In this document: positions 35,209 to 44,448 of the stretch, piece after piece
How positions within the stretch are numbered: the stretch's first letter is position 1
Layout: each line of letters opens with the position of its first letter
Source: Pseudomonadales bacterium
Lineage (GTDB): Bacteria > Pseudomonadota > Gammaproteobacteria > Pseudomonadales > Pseudohongiellaceae
Direction of reading: 5' to 3'
Length of the DNA: 64,000 bases
NCBI GenBank assembly: GCA_963665315.1
Contig: OY762274.1
Coordinates: 3,162,133 to 3,226,132, forward strand
The notes under the pieces: model-generated
Seen by the model: the letters and a program-made list of their open reading frames with translations, nothing else
What the model was told of the DNA's origin: nothing
The model's database searches: none
Translations under genes and position numbers: made by a program

Positions 35209-36298
35209 CGCCGGGCTGGCGCCGATGACGCTCTCCGGCGATGCCCTGCTTGCAGCGGCGGTCATGCTGCTGGTTTTCCTCGTTGTCCTTTTTGCCGGTT
35301 CGATGTTCGTGCCTGGCCGCACGCTCGTTCTTGCCGACGCCGAAGCCGGCAACAGGGAGTTCAGGCTGAACGGATTCGCCCTGTTCCTGCTGGTCGTGGC
35401 GTTGGCCGCCATTTGCCAGTTTTTTGGCTGGTTCTCGCTTTCGGCGCTGCATTCGCATTTTGCCGCGCTGTTCGTGATGGCGAATGTTTTTTCCTTCGTG
35501 CTTTCCGGCTGGCTGTACCGGCGGGGCGAGGGCGCGCCCAACGCGCCGCAAGGATTTTGGCGTGGCTACTTCATGGGCCGGGAACTCAACCCCACCCTGC
35601 TGGGAGTCGATCTGAAAATGTTCAGTTATCGTCCTTCCCTCATTGGCCTGGCGCTGCTCAATATCTCGTTCGCCGTCGCGCAATACGAGACCTACGGCCA
35701 GTTGACGCTGGGGATGGCGCTCTACCAGGCCTTCACGTTTGCCTATGTGTTCAACTATTTTCAGTTCGAGCAAGGCATGATCCACACTTGGGACATCATC
35801 AGCGAGCGCTTCGGCTGCATGCTCGTCTGGGGCGATTACGCGCTCGTGCCGTTCTTCTATTGCCTGGCCGGATGGTGGCTGGTCGACGCAACCGGGCCGG
35901 CATTGCCGCCCCTGGCCGCTGCCGGTGTCGTTATGTTGTTCGTTTTCGGTTTCTGGCTGTTTCGCGGCGCCAACGAGCAGAAGCACCGCTTCAAACAGGA
36001 CCCTGATTCCATGATTTGGGGCAAACCCGCGGAAGCGCTCGACGGCCGTCTGCTCGTTTCGGGATTCTGGGGCATCGGGCGGCATCTCAACTACACCGGC
36101 GAAATCTGCATCTATCTTTCCTTTGCGCTGACCACGGGCTTCGTTTCCTGGGCGCCTTTCCTGTTGCCGGCGTGGCTGGCCGGATTGCTGGTGCAAAGAT
36201 CGCGCCGCGACGAGCGACGCTGCCGCGCCAAGTACGGCGAGCTTTGGAATCGCTATACGCAGCGGGTGAGATTCGTGATGGCGCCTTTCATTTACTGA
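35195..36298 (+). CDS. ERG4/ERG24-family sterol reductase (most likely C-14 reductase)
   Basis: Polytopic membrane protein. The C-terminal signature LLVSGFWGIGRHLNYTGEI...LLVQRSRRDERRCRAKYGELWNRYTQRV...APFIY matches the sterol reductase family consensus (GxxRHxNYxG ... RDxxxCxxKYG ... PxIY). Confidence 0.88.
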   Translation: MPPPDAGLAPMTLSGDALLAAAVMLLVFLVVLFAGSMFVPGRTLVLADAEAGNREFRLNGFALFLLVVALAAICQFFGWFSLSALHSHFAALFVMANVFSFVLSGWLYRRGEGAPNAPQGFWRGYFMGRELNPTLLGVDLKMFSYRPSLIGLALLNISFAVAQYETYGQLTLGMALYQAFTFAYVFNYFQFEQGMIHTWDIISERFGCMLVWGDYALVPFFYCLAGWWLVDATGPALPPLAAAGVVMLFVFGFWLFRGANEQKHRFKQDPDSMIWGKPAEALDGRLLVSGFWGIGRHLNYTGEICIYLSFALTTGFVSWAPFLLPAWLAGLLVQRSRRDERRCRAKYGELWNRYTQRVRFVMAPFIY

Positions 36299-36306
36299 GG
36301 ATTTCG

Positions 36307-37698
36307 ATGGCGCTTCAATCCCACAATGCGGAGGTTTCGGCGGAGGCGGCCGGGGCCGTCCCCGAGATGAGCGGAGGCTTGCCCCTGCTCGGACATCTGC
36401 GGGAATTCCAGCGGGACCCTGTCGCGTTCCTGTGCCGCGGCCGGCGCGAGTGCGGCGAGCTTTTCCAGTTCGGGATCGGTCCGCGCAAATTCGTCGTGTT
36501 TGCCGGGCCCGAAGCCCACCATGCTTACTTCAAGGCTCCGGAAGAAACCCTCGACGCCAAGTCGGTGTATCAGTTTACCGTGCCCATTTTCGGGCGCGGC
36601 GTAGCCTACGACGTTTCTTCCGAACTCATGACCGAGCAACTCGGATTCCTGTTTCCCGCGCTCAGGGAATCGGCGATGCGGCGCTATGTCCGCATCATGT
36701 TCGAGGAAGCGGAAAGCTTTTCCGACTCGCTTGGACAGGAGGGGGAGTTCGACCTGCCCCATGCGATGAACGAACTCACGGTGAACATCGCCAGCCGCTG
36801 CTTTCTCGGCGAGGAAATCCGCAACGAAGTGGACTCCGGATTCGCCGAGGCGTATCACGATCTTCAGAACGGCATCAACACGCTCGGCTTCTTTTTCCCG
36901 CGGCTGCCGACTCCGGCGCACCTGACCCGCGACCGGGCGCGGCGAAAAATTACCGAAATCTTCAGTGGCATCATGCGCGAAAGGCGGCGTACGGGCGCCC
37001 AATCCGAAGATTTCATGCAAACGCTCATGGAGGCCCAATACAAGGACGGACGGCCCTTAAGCGACAATGAGGTTACGGGACTGCTGTTGACGACCTTGTT
37101 CGCGGGCCAGCATACCAGCGCGGTGCTCGCGTCCTGGACCGGGCTCGAATTACACCGGGAGCTTCCGTATCTCGACCGGGTGCGAGATGAAATGCGAGAG
37201 ATCTACGACGAGGAAGGATCGCTGAGCTATGCGGGCCTGAAGCAGCAACCGCTACTGGAAAACGCGGTCCGCGAATGCGAACGGCTGCATCCGCCACTGA
37301 TCATTCTGATTCGCAAGGCGCTCAGGCCGCTGACTTATGGCGATTACACCGTACCGGCCGGCGCGCTGGCCGTGGTGTCACCGGCGCTTTCACATCTCTT
37401 GCCGAATGTTTTCGCAAACCCGGAAAAGTTCAATCCGGACCGTTTCGCTCCGCCTGCCAGCGAGGAAAAGCAACACCCCCACGCCCTGATCGGCTTCGGC
37501 GGCGGCAAACACTGCTGCATGGGCAAGAACTTTGCCATCCTGCAGATCAAGGCAATCTGGACCGTGCCGCTGGATCGATTCGAATTCAAACTCGACACCC
37601 CGTTTCCCGCACCGAATTATGGAAGCTGGGTGACAGGACCCAGGCTGCCATGCCGACTTCGCTATCGACGCCGCTCGCAAGCGAGCATTTTCCACTGA
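36307..37698 (+). CDS. cyp51: Cytochrome P450 sterol 14-alpha-demethylase
   Basis: CYP51 B'-helix signature YQFTVPIFGRGVAYDV, I-helix LFAGQHTS and haem-thiolate loop FGGGKHCCMGKNFA. 463 aa. ATG at 36307, 8 nt after the reductase stop. Confidence 0.9.
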   Translation: MALQSHNAEVSAEAAGAVPEMSGGLPLLGHLREFQRDPVAFLCRGRRECGELFQFGIGPRKFVVFAGPEAHHAYFKAPEETLDAKSVYQFTVPIFGRGVAYDVSSELMTEQLGFLFPALRESAMRRYVRIMFEEAESFSDSLGQEGEFDLPHAMNELTVNIASRCFLGEEIRNEVDSGFAEAYHDLQNGINTLGFFFPRLPTPAHLTRDRARRKITEIFSGIMRERRRTGAQSEDFMQTLMEAQYKDGRPLSDNEVTGLLLTTLFAGQHTSAVLASWTGLELHRELPYLDRVRDEMREIYDEEGSLSYAGLKQQPLLENAVRECERLHPPLIILIRKALRPLTYGDYTVPAGALAVVSPALSHLLPNVFANPEKFNPDRFAPPASEEKQHPHALIGFGGGKHCCMGKNFAILQIKAIWTVPLDRFEFKLDTPFPAPNYGSWVTGPRLPCRLRYRRRSQASIFH

Positions 37699-40600
37699 GC
37701 GCCACAGGGCTGCCACGCTACGATATAGCCATCGTCGGCGGGGGCCCGGTAGGCAGCTTGTGCGCGCTGGCCCATGCCCGCAAGGGCGCCAGGGTTGCCC
37801 TGCTCGAAGCGAATCCCAAGGCGGCGCAACGACTTGCCGGAGAATGGCTGCATCCTCCGGCGGTGAGGATGCTGCAAGGCGTCGGCGTCAATCTCGATGG
37901 GCGGCCGGGATTTTCCCCCGGCAAGGGATTCGTCGTCTTTCCGGAGGACCGATCGGAATCCATCCTGTTGCCCTACCCGGAAGACTCCGCGGGCCTGGTA
38001 TTCGAACATTCCGCACTCGTCTCCTGCTTGCACGAAGCGGTCGAGAGCGAGCCTGGAATCGAAATTTATCGCCACGCGCGAGCGCGGGCGATCGAAGACG
38101 AAGGAATCGTTTTCAGCTTCAATGGCGCTGAACGTCTGCTGCAGGCCGGGCGGATCGTCGGCGCCGACGGCCGGGCCTCGATCGTGCGGCAATCGCTGGG
38201 CTTGCGGACCGAGCGCATGACCTGCTCGCGCATGGTCGGGGTCGTGGTCGAAGGTGTGGAACTGCAGCACGAAGAATTCGGCTATGTCGTACTCGGCCCA
38301 CCCGGACCCATACTCACCGTGCCGCTGGGCGAGGGCCGCGTCCGCATCATAGCCGACATGCCGCTGGACCTCTGGACGCCGCGGGACCGGGTCGGCGTGT
38401 TGCTGGAATCTTACGCCGGCTACTTGCCGGAGGACCTCAGGTCCGCGTTCGTAGATGCGATCCGGTCGGGAAAATACCAGGCTGCCGCCAACGAGTTAAG
38501 GCCGCGAATGACTTACGGCTCCTCGCGCCGCGTACTTATCGGCGATGCGGCAGGTCATTACCATCCGATGACCGCGGCCGGGATGACCCTCGGTTTCGCC
38601 GACGCTCTTGCCCTTGCCGAGGGCGGAGATTTCCGGAAATTCGCGAACCGCAGGCTGAAAGAAACCAGGGCTCCACAACTTCTCGCCATGGGGCTGTATG
38701 AAGTGTTCCGCGATCACCGGCTGGAGTCGTCGGTGTTACGGCAGGCCGTTTACCGGAATTGGCGGGCCAGCAAACTGGTCCGGGCCCGGACCATGCGCCT
38801 GCTTGCCTGCGAGGACTCTTCCGTAACGCGGCTCGGCACTGCTTTCAGCGTGACCGTGGCGACCGGATTCGCCGGAGAACTCTGGCGGCGCAACGGCATT
38901 CTCACCCGGCGCCGGGCGCAAGTCATGATTCGTACGCTGGCGGCTCGGCTCAACTGGCTGGTGCGGGGCGTTCGCGAACTGGAAAAGGCGCACGGTTCGA
39001 GCGGCGCCGATGAACAGTCCGCCCTGGACAAGCTTTCCGGCGCCTTCCTGATTTCGATGCAGGAGCACTCCGACACCGCGGCGCCTGTTCGTCCGAACGA
39101 TCTGGCCCCGGTCGAAGCGGGTACGGGGCTGGACCTTGCCGCGAAGCGCTTGCTGGATCTGCAGCGCGAAGACGGCGCCTGGGAAGGCGAGATGACCTGG
39201 TGCCCCATGCTTGCCGCGCAATACGTGCTGCTTCACTACGTCATCGGCCGGCAAATCGAACCCGGCCGTCGCCGGCTGCTGTTGCGCCAGTTCGAACGAA
39301 CTCGCCTCGAAGGAGGACTCTGGGGCCTGCACGAGCACGCGCGGGACAGCCTGTTCGTCACGACCCTGGTTTACGTCGCTGCCAGACTGCTCGAAGTCGG
39401 GCCGGACGACCCCTTGATCAGGCCGGCCCGCGAATTCATGCAAAAAGAAGGGGTCCTGGGCATCCCGAGTTGGGGCAAGTTCTGGCTGGCGCTGCTGAAT
39501 CTCTACGACTGGCGCGGGGTGAACGCCGTGCTGCCTGAATTGTGGCGCCTGCCGCGGCGATTGCCGTTGCATCCTTCAAACTGGTACTGCCACACCCGAC
39601 TCATCTACATGGCGATGGCAACCATATATTCATGCCGGTTCCAGCTTCCGGTGAATCCCGTAATCGAAGCCTTGCGCGAAGAACTTTTCCCGGAAGGCTT
39701 TGACGGAATCGATTTCACTGCCGGCCGCAATCGCCTGCGCAAGGCCGATCTGTTCGCCCGGCCCGGCATATGGCTGCGTGCCGGTTACGCTTTGACAGGG
39801 ATCTACGAAAAAATTCACAGCAAGCGCCTGCGCGCCCATTGCCGCAAAGAACTGGTTGAACGCATTCGCTGGGAACTGCAAAGTTCCAGCCACACCAGTA
39901 TTTCCCCGGTCAGTGGATTTCTCAACATTCTCTCCCTGTGGCTGTGCGACCCCGACGATGCCGACTTGCACAAGGCACTGGACAGCCTCGAAGGCTGGGT
40001 CTGGGAAGACGAGGAAAACGGAACACGGATAACCGGTGCGCGCAGCGCATCCTGGGATACCGGATTCGCCCTGCAAGCGCTGTCGACGATTCCGGGCCGC
40101 GACGATGTGCGTCAAGCCTTGCGCAAGGGAGCAGACTTTCTTCGCGATCAACAGATTTCCGTCAGCTTCGACGGCTTTCGCGAGGCTTACCGCAACGACC
40201 CCAGGGGGGGCTGGTGTTTTGCCGGCGAATGGCATGGCTGGCCCGTAACGGATTGCACCGCGGAGGCGGTAGTCGGACTTGTCGCCGTGGATACCGAAGA
40301 AGTGGACGAAGCGAGCCTCGGCGAGGCGATCGGGTTCATGTTGCGCGGCCAGAACCGCGACGGGGGCTTCGGCAGTTATGAAGCGAAGCGCTCAAGAATT
40401 GGCCTGGAGTGGCTCAATCCGGCGGAAATGTTCGGCGAATCGATGACCGAGCATTCTTTTGTCGAATGCACCGCCTCCTGTCTGGCGGCGCTGGCGGCGT
40501 GCAAGCGGCGCTTGCCGCGGGTCGTCGATGAAACAGCGCTCGAATCCATGTCCCGGGCCGACGCATGGCTGCGGCGGACCCAGGCGAACGACGGTAGCTG

Positions 40601-41054
40601 GCGCGGCGTCTGGGGCGTGCAATTCATTTATGGCGTCCTGTTCGGCATAAGGGGCCTGCTTGCCGGAGGCGCGGGCCCCGGTGACCCTGCCTTGCGCCTT
40701 GCCTGTCACTGGTTGCTTGAGCGCCAACGAAGCGACGGCGGCTGGGGCGAACATCATAGCGGCTGCCTGAGCGGCAAATATGTCGCGCATGAGCAAAGTC
40801 AGGTCATCCAGACCGCCTGGGCGCTGATCGCCCTGCTTGAGGCGGGCGACTCACATTGGTCCGCAATTTCGCGCGGAGCACGATTTCTGCTCGACGCACA
40901 GGACGGGGAGGGGGGCTGGCCGAACCAGGACATGGCCGGAGTGTTCTTCCGTACCGCGCTGCTGGATTACGAACTGTACCGGCAGTATTTTCCCCTGCAC
41001 GCCCTCGGCCTCTTTGAACGTCGGCGGCGCGCCAGACTGGCGGAAAACGACTAG
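37650..41054 (+). CDS. Single ORF fusing squalene monooxygenase (N-terminal, about 450-480 aa) to oxidosqualene cyclase (C-terminal, about 620 aa)
   Basis: N-terminal half: DIAIVGGGPVGSLCALAHARKG FAD fold, RLAGEWLHPPA (squalene epoxidase R(I/L)xGExLQPGG block) and GDAAGHYHPMTAAGM. C-terminal half: repeated QW-type motifs (REDGAWEGE, NRDGGFGSY, ANDGSWRG, RSDGGWGE, DGEGGWPN), SWDTGFALQAL, and the catalytic VTDCTAEA motif of oxidosqualene cyclases (squalene-hopene cyclases have DxDDTA). There is no stop codon between the two halves in the given sequence. Confidence 0.85.
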   Translation: MPTSLSTPLASEHFPLSATGLPRYDIAIVGGGPVGSLCALAHARKGARVALLEANPKAAQRLAGEWLHPPAVRMLQGVGVNLDGRPGFSPGKGFVVFPEDRSESILLPYPEDSAGLVFEHSALVSCLHEAVESEPGIEIYRHARARAIEDEGIVFSFNGAERLLQAGRIVGADGRASIVRQSLGLRTERMTCSRMVGVVVEGVELQHEEFGYVVLGPPGPILTVPLGEGRVRIIADMPLDLWTPRDRVGVLLESYAGYLPEDLRSAFVDAIRSGKYQAAANELRPRMTYGSSRRVLIGDAAGHYHPMTAAGMTLGFADALALAEGGDFRKFANRRLKETRAPQLLAMGLYEVFRDHRLESSVLRQAVYRNWRASKLVRARTMRLLACEDSSVTRLGTAFSVTVATGFAGELWRRNGILTRRRAQVMIRTLAARLNWLVRGVRELEKAHGSSGADEQSALDKLSGAFLISMQEHSDTAAPVRPNDLAPVEAGTGLDLAAKRLLDLQREDGAWEGEMTWCPMLAAQYVLLHYVIGRQIEPGRRRLLLRQFERTRLEGGLWGLHEHARDSLFVTTLVYVAARLLEVGPDDPLIRPAREFMQKEGVLGIPSWGKFWLALLNLYDWRGVNAVLPELWRLPRRLPLHPSNWYCHTRLIYMAMATIYSCRFQLPVNPVIEALREELFPEGFDGIDFTAGRNRLRKADLFARPGIWLRAGYALTGIYEKIHSKRLRAHCRKELVERIRWELQSSSHTSISPVSGFLNILSLWLCDPDDADLHKALDSLEGWVWEDEENGTRITGARSASWDTGFALQALSTIPGRDDVRQALRKGADFLRDQQISVSFDGFREAYRNDPRGGWCFAGEWHGWPVTDCTAEAVVGLVAVDTEEVDEASLGEAIGFMLRGQNRDGGFGSYEAKRSRIGLEWLNPAEMFGESMTEHSFVECTASCLAALAACKRRLPRVVDETALESMSRADAWLRRTQANDGSWRGVWGVQFIYGVLFGIRGLLAGGAGPGDPALRLACHWLLERQRSDGGWGEHHSGCLSGKYVAHEQSQVIQTAWALIALLEAGDSHWSAISRGARFLLDAQDGEGGWPNQDMAGVFFRTALLDYELYRQYFPLHALGLFERRRRARLAEND

Positions 41055-42100
41055 TCCGGACTTGTCGGCAGTCCTTTCGCGGCCCGGCGAAAGAGCCAGC
41101 GTAATCCTCGATCGTTTTGCAACATGAGATTCGTTGCAAACAAGGTGACCCGCACGGAATTCCGGGAAATTTTTACCTGATCGGATGCGGTAAATTCCGG
41201 GTTGTGCTGGATCTTCCGCAAAGTCAGCACCGCCAGACCGAGAGCCCACAGGCAGAATCGGCGCATGCCGGCTTCCCTGGCGGGAAGATGGCAAGTGAAC
41301 TCCATCGCATTCCTCAAGTGTCTGTGAGCGATTGCAATCAGTGTACGCAGACCGCTCTGGAATTCGCTGGTCCGGTGATTCTCTCCCAGGTTTTCCAGCG
41401 AGAGCCTGCCATTGTCGAACACCGAGCGCGGCAACCAGCAGGCGCCCCGCTCACGATCGGCCCAGATGTCCTTCAATATATTGGTCATTTGCAGCCCCTG
41501 GCCGAAAGAAACGGCGAGGGATCGCAACTGCGGACGATTTTCCTCGAGTTCCGGACATTGAATGCAGAACAGATCGACCAGCATCTCGCCCGCCACCCCG
41601 GCGACCGCATAGCAATATGCGTCGAGTTCCGGCAAATCGCGCAGTCCCGCAAGGCTGCTGTTGCGCTGGAATTTCGGCATGTCGATGCACATGACGGACA
41701 CGCAGCGCTCGAGAATCCGGCGCTCGGCTTCGGTAAACGAATGGGTAACGCCGACTACCCGATCCGCGTTGCGCATCAGTTCGCGTTCGGCCGGCGGAAT
41801 TTCCGGGGACAGCAGCGGGGTCACTTGAGCGGAAAAGGCGCTCGCGTCCGTTTGAGCCTTGACCGTGGTCAGAAAACGCTCGAGATTCGCCTCTTTCTCC
41901 GCGAAGTCCAGGCGAGGATCGTCCTCGATCGTATCCGCGATGCGGCACAGCAAATAGGCATTGGTCACAACCAACGCAAGACGGCTCGGCAGAGCCGGTA
42001 TGGTCAGCGCAAAAGTCCGGGAAACGCCAGGCAGAATGGCTGCCTGGTATTGCTGGTTTTCTTCCAGCGCGTCCCTTTTGTTTCTGGTCAAGTCAAGCAA
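41051..42100 (-). CDS. Squalene synthase (farnesyl-diphosphate farnesyltransferase, eukaryote-like SQS type)
   Basis: 349 aa. LPGVSRTFALTIPALP and YLLCRIADTIEDD (first Asp-rich motif), with a second motif region YCYAVAGVAG. TTG start. The stop overlaps the stop of the SQMO-OSC gene (convergent, 4 nt). Confidence 0.85.
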   Translation of the reverse strand: MLDLTRNKRDALEENQQYQAAILPGVSRTFALTIPALPSRLALVVTNAYLLCRIADTIEDDPRLDFAEKEANLERFLTTVKAQTDASAFSAQVTPLLSPEIPPAERELMRNADRVVGVTHSFTEAERRILERCVSVMCIDMPKFQRNSSLAGLRDLPELDAYCYAVAGVAGEMLVDLFCIQCPELEENRPQLRSLAVSFGQGLQMTNILKDIWADRERGACWLPRSVFDNGRLSLENLGENHRTSEFQSGLRTLIAIAHRHLRNAMEFTCHLPAREAGMRRFCLWALGLAVLTLRKIQHNPEFTASDQVKISRNSVRVTLFATNLMLQNDRGLRWLFRRAAKGLPTSPD

Positions 42101-42224
42101 CGTCCATTACCTGCTTGCTCACGCTTCTTGCATGGTTGCCGAGCATATTACCGCAATTCGTCTCGTTCACGTTAACTGCCTAACCTGTTACAGTGCGGGC
42201 CACGGAGCCAGCAGGAGGGCGGCG

Positions 42225-43598
42225 ATGCCAAGAAAAATAGCAATAATCGGCGCAGGAGTTTCCGGGCTCGGAGTCGCCTGGGCCTTGCATCGAAATCCCG
42301 ACCGATTTGATTTCCGGCTGTACGAGACACAGGCCCAGGTCGGCGGCAACGCCGTTACCGCCGATATGCCCCAGGCGGACGGGTCGTCGATCCCCTTCGA
42401 TATTTCGGTCACCGCCTGCATTCCCACGGTGTATCACCACATTCTGCTGCTGATGCGGCAGCTTGGTGTCGAGCTGGTCGATACGAAATTCAGCTATAGC
42501 GTGAAATATCACGGCGAGATCTATGCACACGACCTCGACACCGAAATCGCCCGGCAGTTGCAGGAGGAAATCGACAGATTCCAGAAGTTGCTGAAACGCA
42601 TGAAATGGTTCGGCGCGCTCAACCGGACCCGGTCGAAATTTCTCAACGCGCTCAACCCCTTCAATTACCTCAGCATGGGCACGGTGCTGAATTTCGGTCG
42701 ATATTCCGGAGGCTTCAGGTACAAGGTGCTCAAACCCATGTTCGTCAACTTCCTGATGGCGACGAACGTGTTCGACATGCCGGCTTCGCTGTTCGCCCGC
42801 TACCTGGAATTCTTCGACATCGTCAATGCAACTCCGATGCAGACCTGGGAAGGCGGCACGCGCAACATCTACGAAAGGCTGACGGCGTCCTTCCGCGACA
42901 GAATTTATCTTTCCCGGCCGGTGCGCAAGGTGATCCGGCGGGAATCCGGCGTGGACGTAGTGGACGAGAACGGCGCTGCCGAGACCTTCGACGACGTGGT
43001 GTTCGCCTGCAACGCCAACCAGACACTGATGACGCTCGACAAACCGGGGTTTTTCGAGACCTGGCTGCTGTCGTCAATCCGCTATGAGAGCGAGTTGCAC
43101 AATCACGCCATCGTCCACTCGGACGCTTCCCTGCTGCCGGAAAACGAGGCGAAGCCCCTGGACACCCGCAGCAATCACATCGAGCAATACGCCGCCCGGC
43201 CGGACAACTACGAAATCACCTACATCATGCACAACCAGCAGCCCTGGGCGAAGCGGTCCGACAAACCCTGCCTGGTGACCTATAACGCGATCAGCCGCAT
43301 AGACGAAAGCAAGATCGTCAAGCGCTGGTGGTTCCAGCACGTCGTCCATGACGTGCGGCATATCGCGCTGCTCGTCCACCTGTTCCGCTTCATTCAGGGC
43401 AGGCGGCGGAGCTGGCATTGCGGTGCCCATACGCTCGTCAACAGCCAGGAGACCTGCTTCGTGACCGGCCTGGTCACGGCGCGGCAACTCGGCGCGGACT
43501 ATCCCTTCGACGACGAGGAATGCCGCAAGTGGTTCAACTTCTACGGCCGCATGATGTACGGCTGGCGTTTCAGGCGAGCGCGTTCTCGAACAGGTTGA
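42225..43598 (+). CDS. FAD/NAD(P)-binding amine-oxidase-like oxidoreductase (COG2907-like)
   Basis: KIAIIGAGVSGLGVAWAL dinucleotide fold followed by LYETQAQVGGNA (GG motif). An AGGAGG RBS lies at 42212-42217. The gene is divergent from the squalene synthase gene. The precise function is unknown to me. Confidence 0.75.
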   Translation: MPRKIAIIGAGVSGLGVAWALHRNPDRFDFRLYETQAQVGGNAVTADMPQADGSSIPFDISVTACIPTVYHHILLLMRQLGVELVDTKFSYSVKYHGEIYAHDLDTEIARQLQEEIDRFQKLLKRMKWFGALNRTRSKFLNALNPFNYLSMGTVLNFGRYSGGFRYKVLKPMFVNFLMATNVFDMPASLFARYLEFFDIVNATPMQTWEGGTRNIYERLTASFRDRIYLSRPVRKVIRRESGVDVVDENGAAETFDDVVFACNANQTLMTLDKPGFFETWLLSSIRYESELHNHAIVHSDASLLPENEAKPLDTRSNHIEQYAARPDNYEITYIMHNQQPWAKRSDKPCLVTYNAISRIDESKIVKRWWFQHVVHDVRHIALLVHLFRFIQGRRRSWHCGAHTLVNSQETCFVTGLVTARQLGADYPFDDEECRKWFNFYGRMMYGWRFRRARSRTG

Positions 43599-44448
43599 GC
43601 AGCCGGCTCCAGGCGCGTTCGGCCTGGGCTTCGTGATACACCTGCGAGTCGATCGAGCACCAGCCGTGCAAGGTGCCTTCGTAGACTTCGATCTCGGCTG
43701 GAATGCCTTCCGCTTCGTATGCCGCCGCCAACGTATTCTTGACTTCCGGTTCGTCCGCGTCGTCATCCTCGGAGACGGCGTGGAGCATATGCGCCCGGGT
43801 CTCCGGAATCAGCAGATGCGGGCTGTTGTCGGCATCGGTCGCCAGTCCGCCGCCGTGGAAAGTCGCGCCGGCGCCGAGCCGGTCGGGCACGGCCGCTACT
43901 GTGCGCATGACCATCGGTCCGCCCATGCAATAGCCGGTGGTGCCGATGCCGCGGCTGGTGTCTACTTCGGGCTGCTCGTCTATCCAGGCGACGAATGCCC
44001 GCGCATCGGTGAAATGCGTATCGGCATTGAGTTGCCTGGCCATCGGCAGCACGATCTCGCGCGTTTCCGGCTGGCCGAAGCTGGCGCCTTCGCCGACCAC
44101 GGGCGAGCGGGCGCTGCGATAGAACGGGTTGACGGTCAGTACGGCATAGCCGGACATGGCGAGCCGCCGGCCCATTTCCCGAAATGCCGGCCGCAGGCCG
44201 AGGATGTCGGGCCAGACCAGCACCGCCGCGTGACTGCCGGAAGCTGGATAAACGAAATTGCAATCGGCGACGCCGTCAGGGGTCGTGATTTCCACGTCTC
44301 TTTCGCCGAGTTCCTGGGCATTTGCCACCGCCGGCAGCATCATGCCCAATCCCACGGTAGCCGAAACCTTGCCGAATTCGCGCCGGCTGATTTCGCCGCG
44401 GTTGCGCAGAAATTCGTCGGCGCGTAGCTGAGTCTTCTCGTCACACAT
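43570..44448 (-). CDS. Dienelactone hydrolase family protein with Tat-like leader
   Basis: ISRREFGKVSATVGLGMMLPAVANA leader, then DLH blocks (AVLVWPDILGLRP; TGYCMGG nucleophile elbow). ATG at 44448 has a GAGGAAAAC RBS. Confidence 0.85.
   Translation of the reverse strand: MCDEKTQLRADEFLRNRGEISRREFGKVSATVGLGMMLPAVANAQELGERDVEITTPDGVADCNFVYPASGSHAAVLVWPDILGLRPAFREMGRRLAMSGYAVLTVNPFYRSARSPVVGEGASFGQPETREIVLPMARQLNADTHFTDARAFVAWIDEQPEVDTSRGIGTTGYCMGGPMVMRTVAAVPDRLGAGATFHGGGLATDADNSPHLLIPETRAHMLHAVSEDDDADEPEVKNTLAAAYEAEGIPAEIEVYEGTLHGWCSIDSQVYHEAQAERAWSRLLNLFENALA

Noticed and set aside
34084-36196. 485-aa and 418-aa minus-strand ORFs (34084-35541 and 34940-36196)
   Set aside because: They are antisense to the Rieske and sterol reductase genes, which have clear motifs. 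No motifs are present and the composition is biased.
37275-37649. Upstream 125 codons of the 1259-aa track ORF
   Set aside because: This part is out of frame with, and fully inside, the cyp51 coding region, and carries no homology. The epoxidase motifs start right after ATG 37650, so the gene was trimmed to 37650.
37650-41054. Interpretation as a hopanoid locus (squalene-hopene cyclase with HpnA/HpnC/HpnD/HpnE)
   Set aside because: The cyclase has VTDCTAEA (the oxidosqualene-type Asp-Cys) rather than DxDDTA. It is fused to a squalene epoxidase and sits with CYP51 and an ERG24-type reductase. The prenyl synthase looks like a one-step SQS. Sterol synthesis is therefore the better reading.
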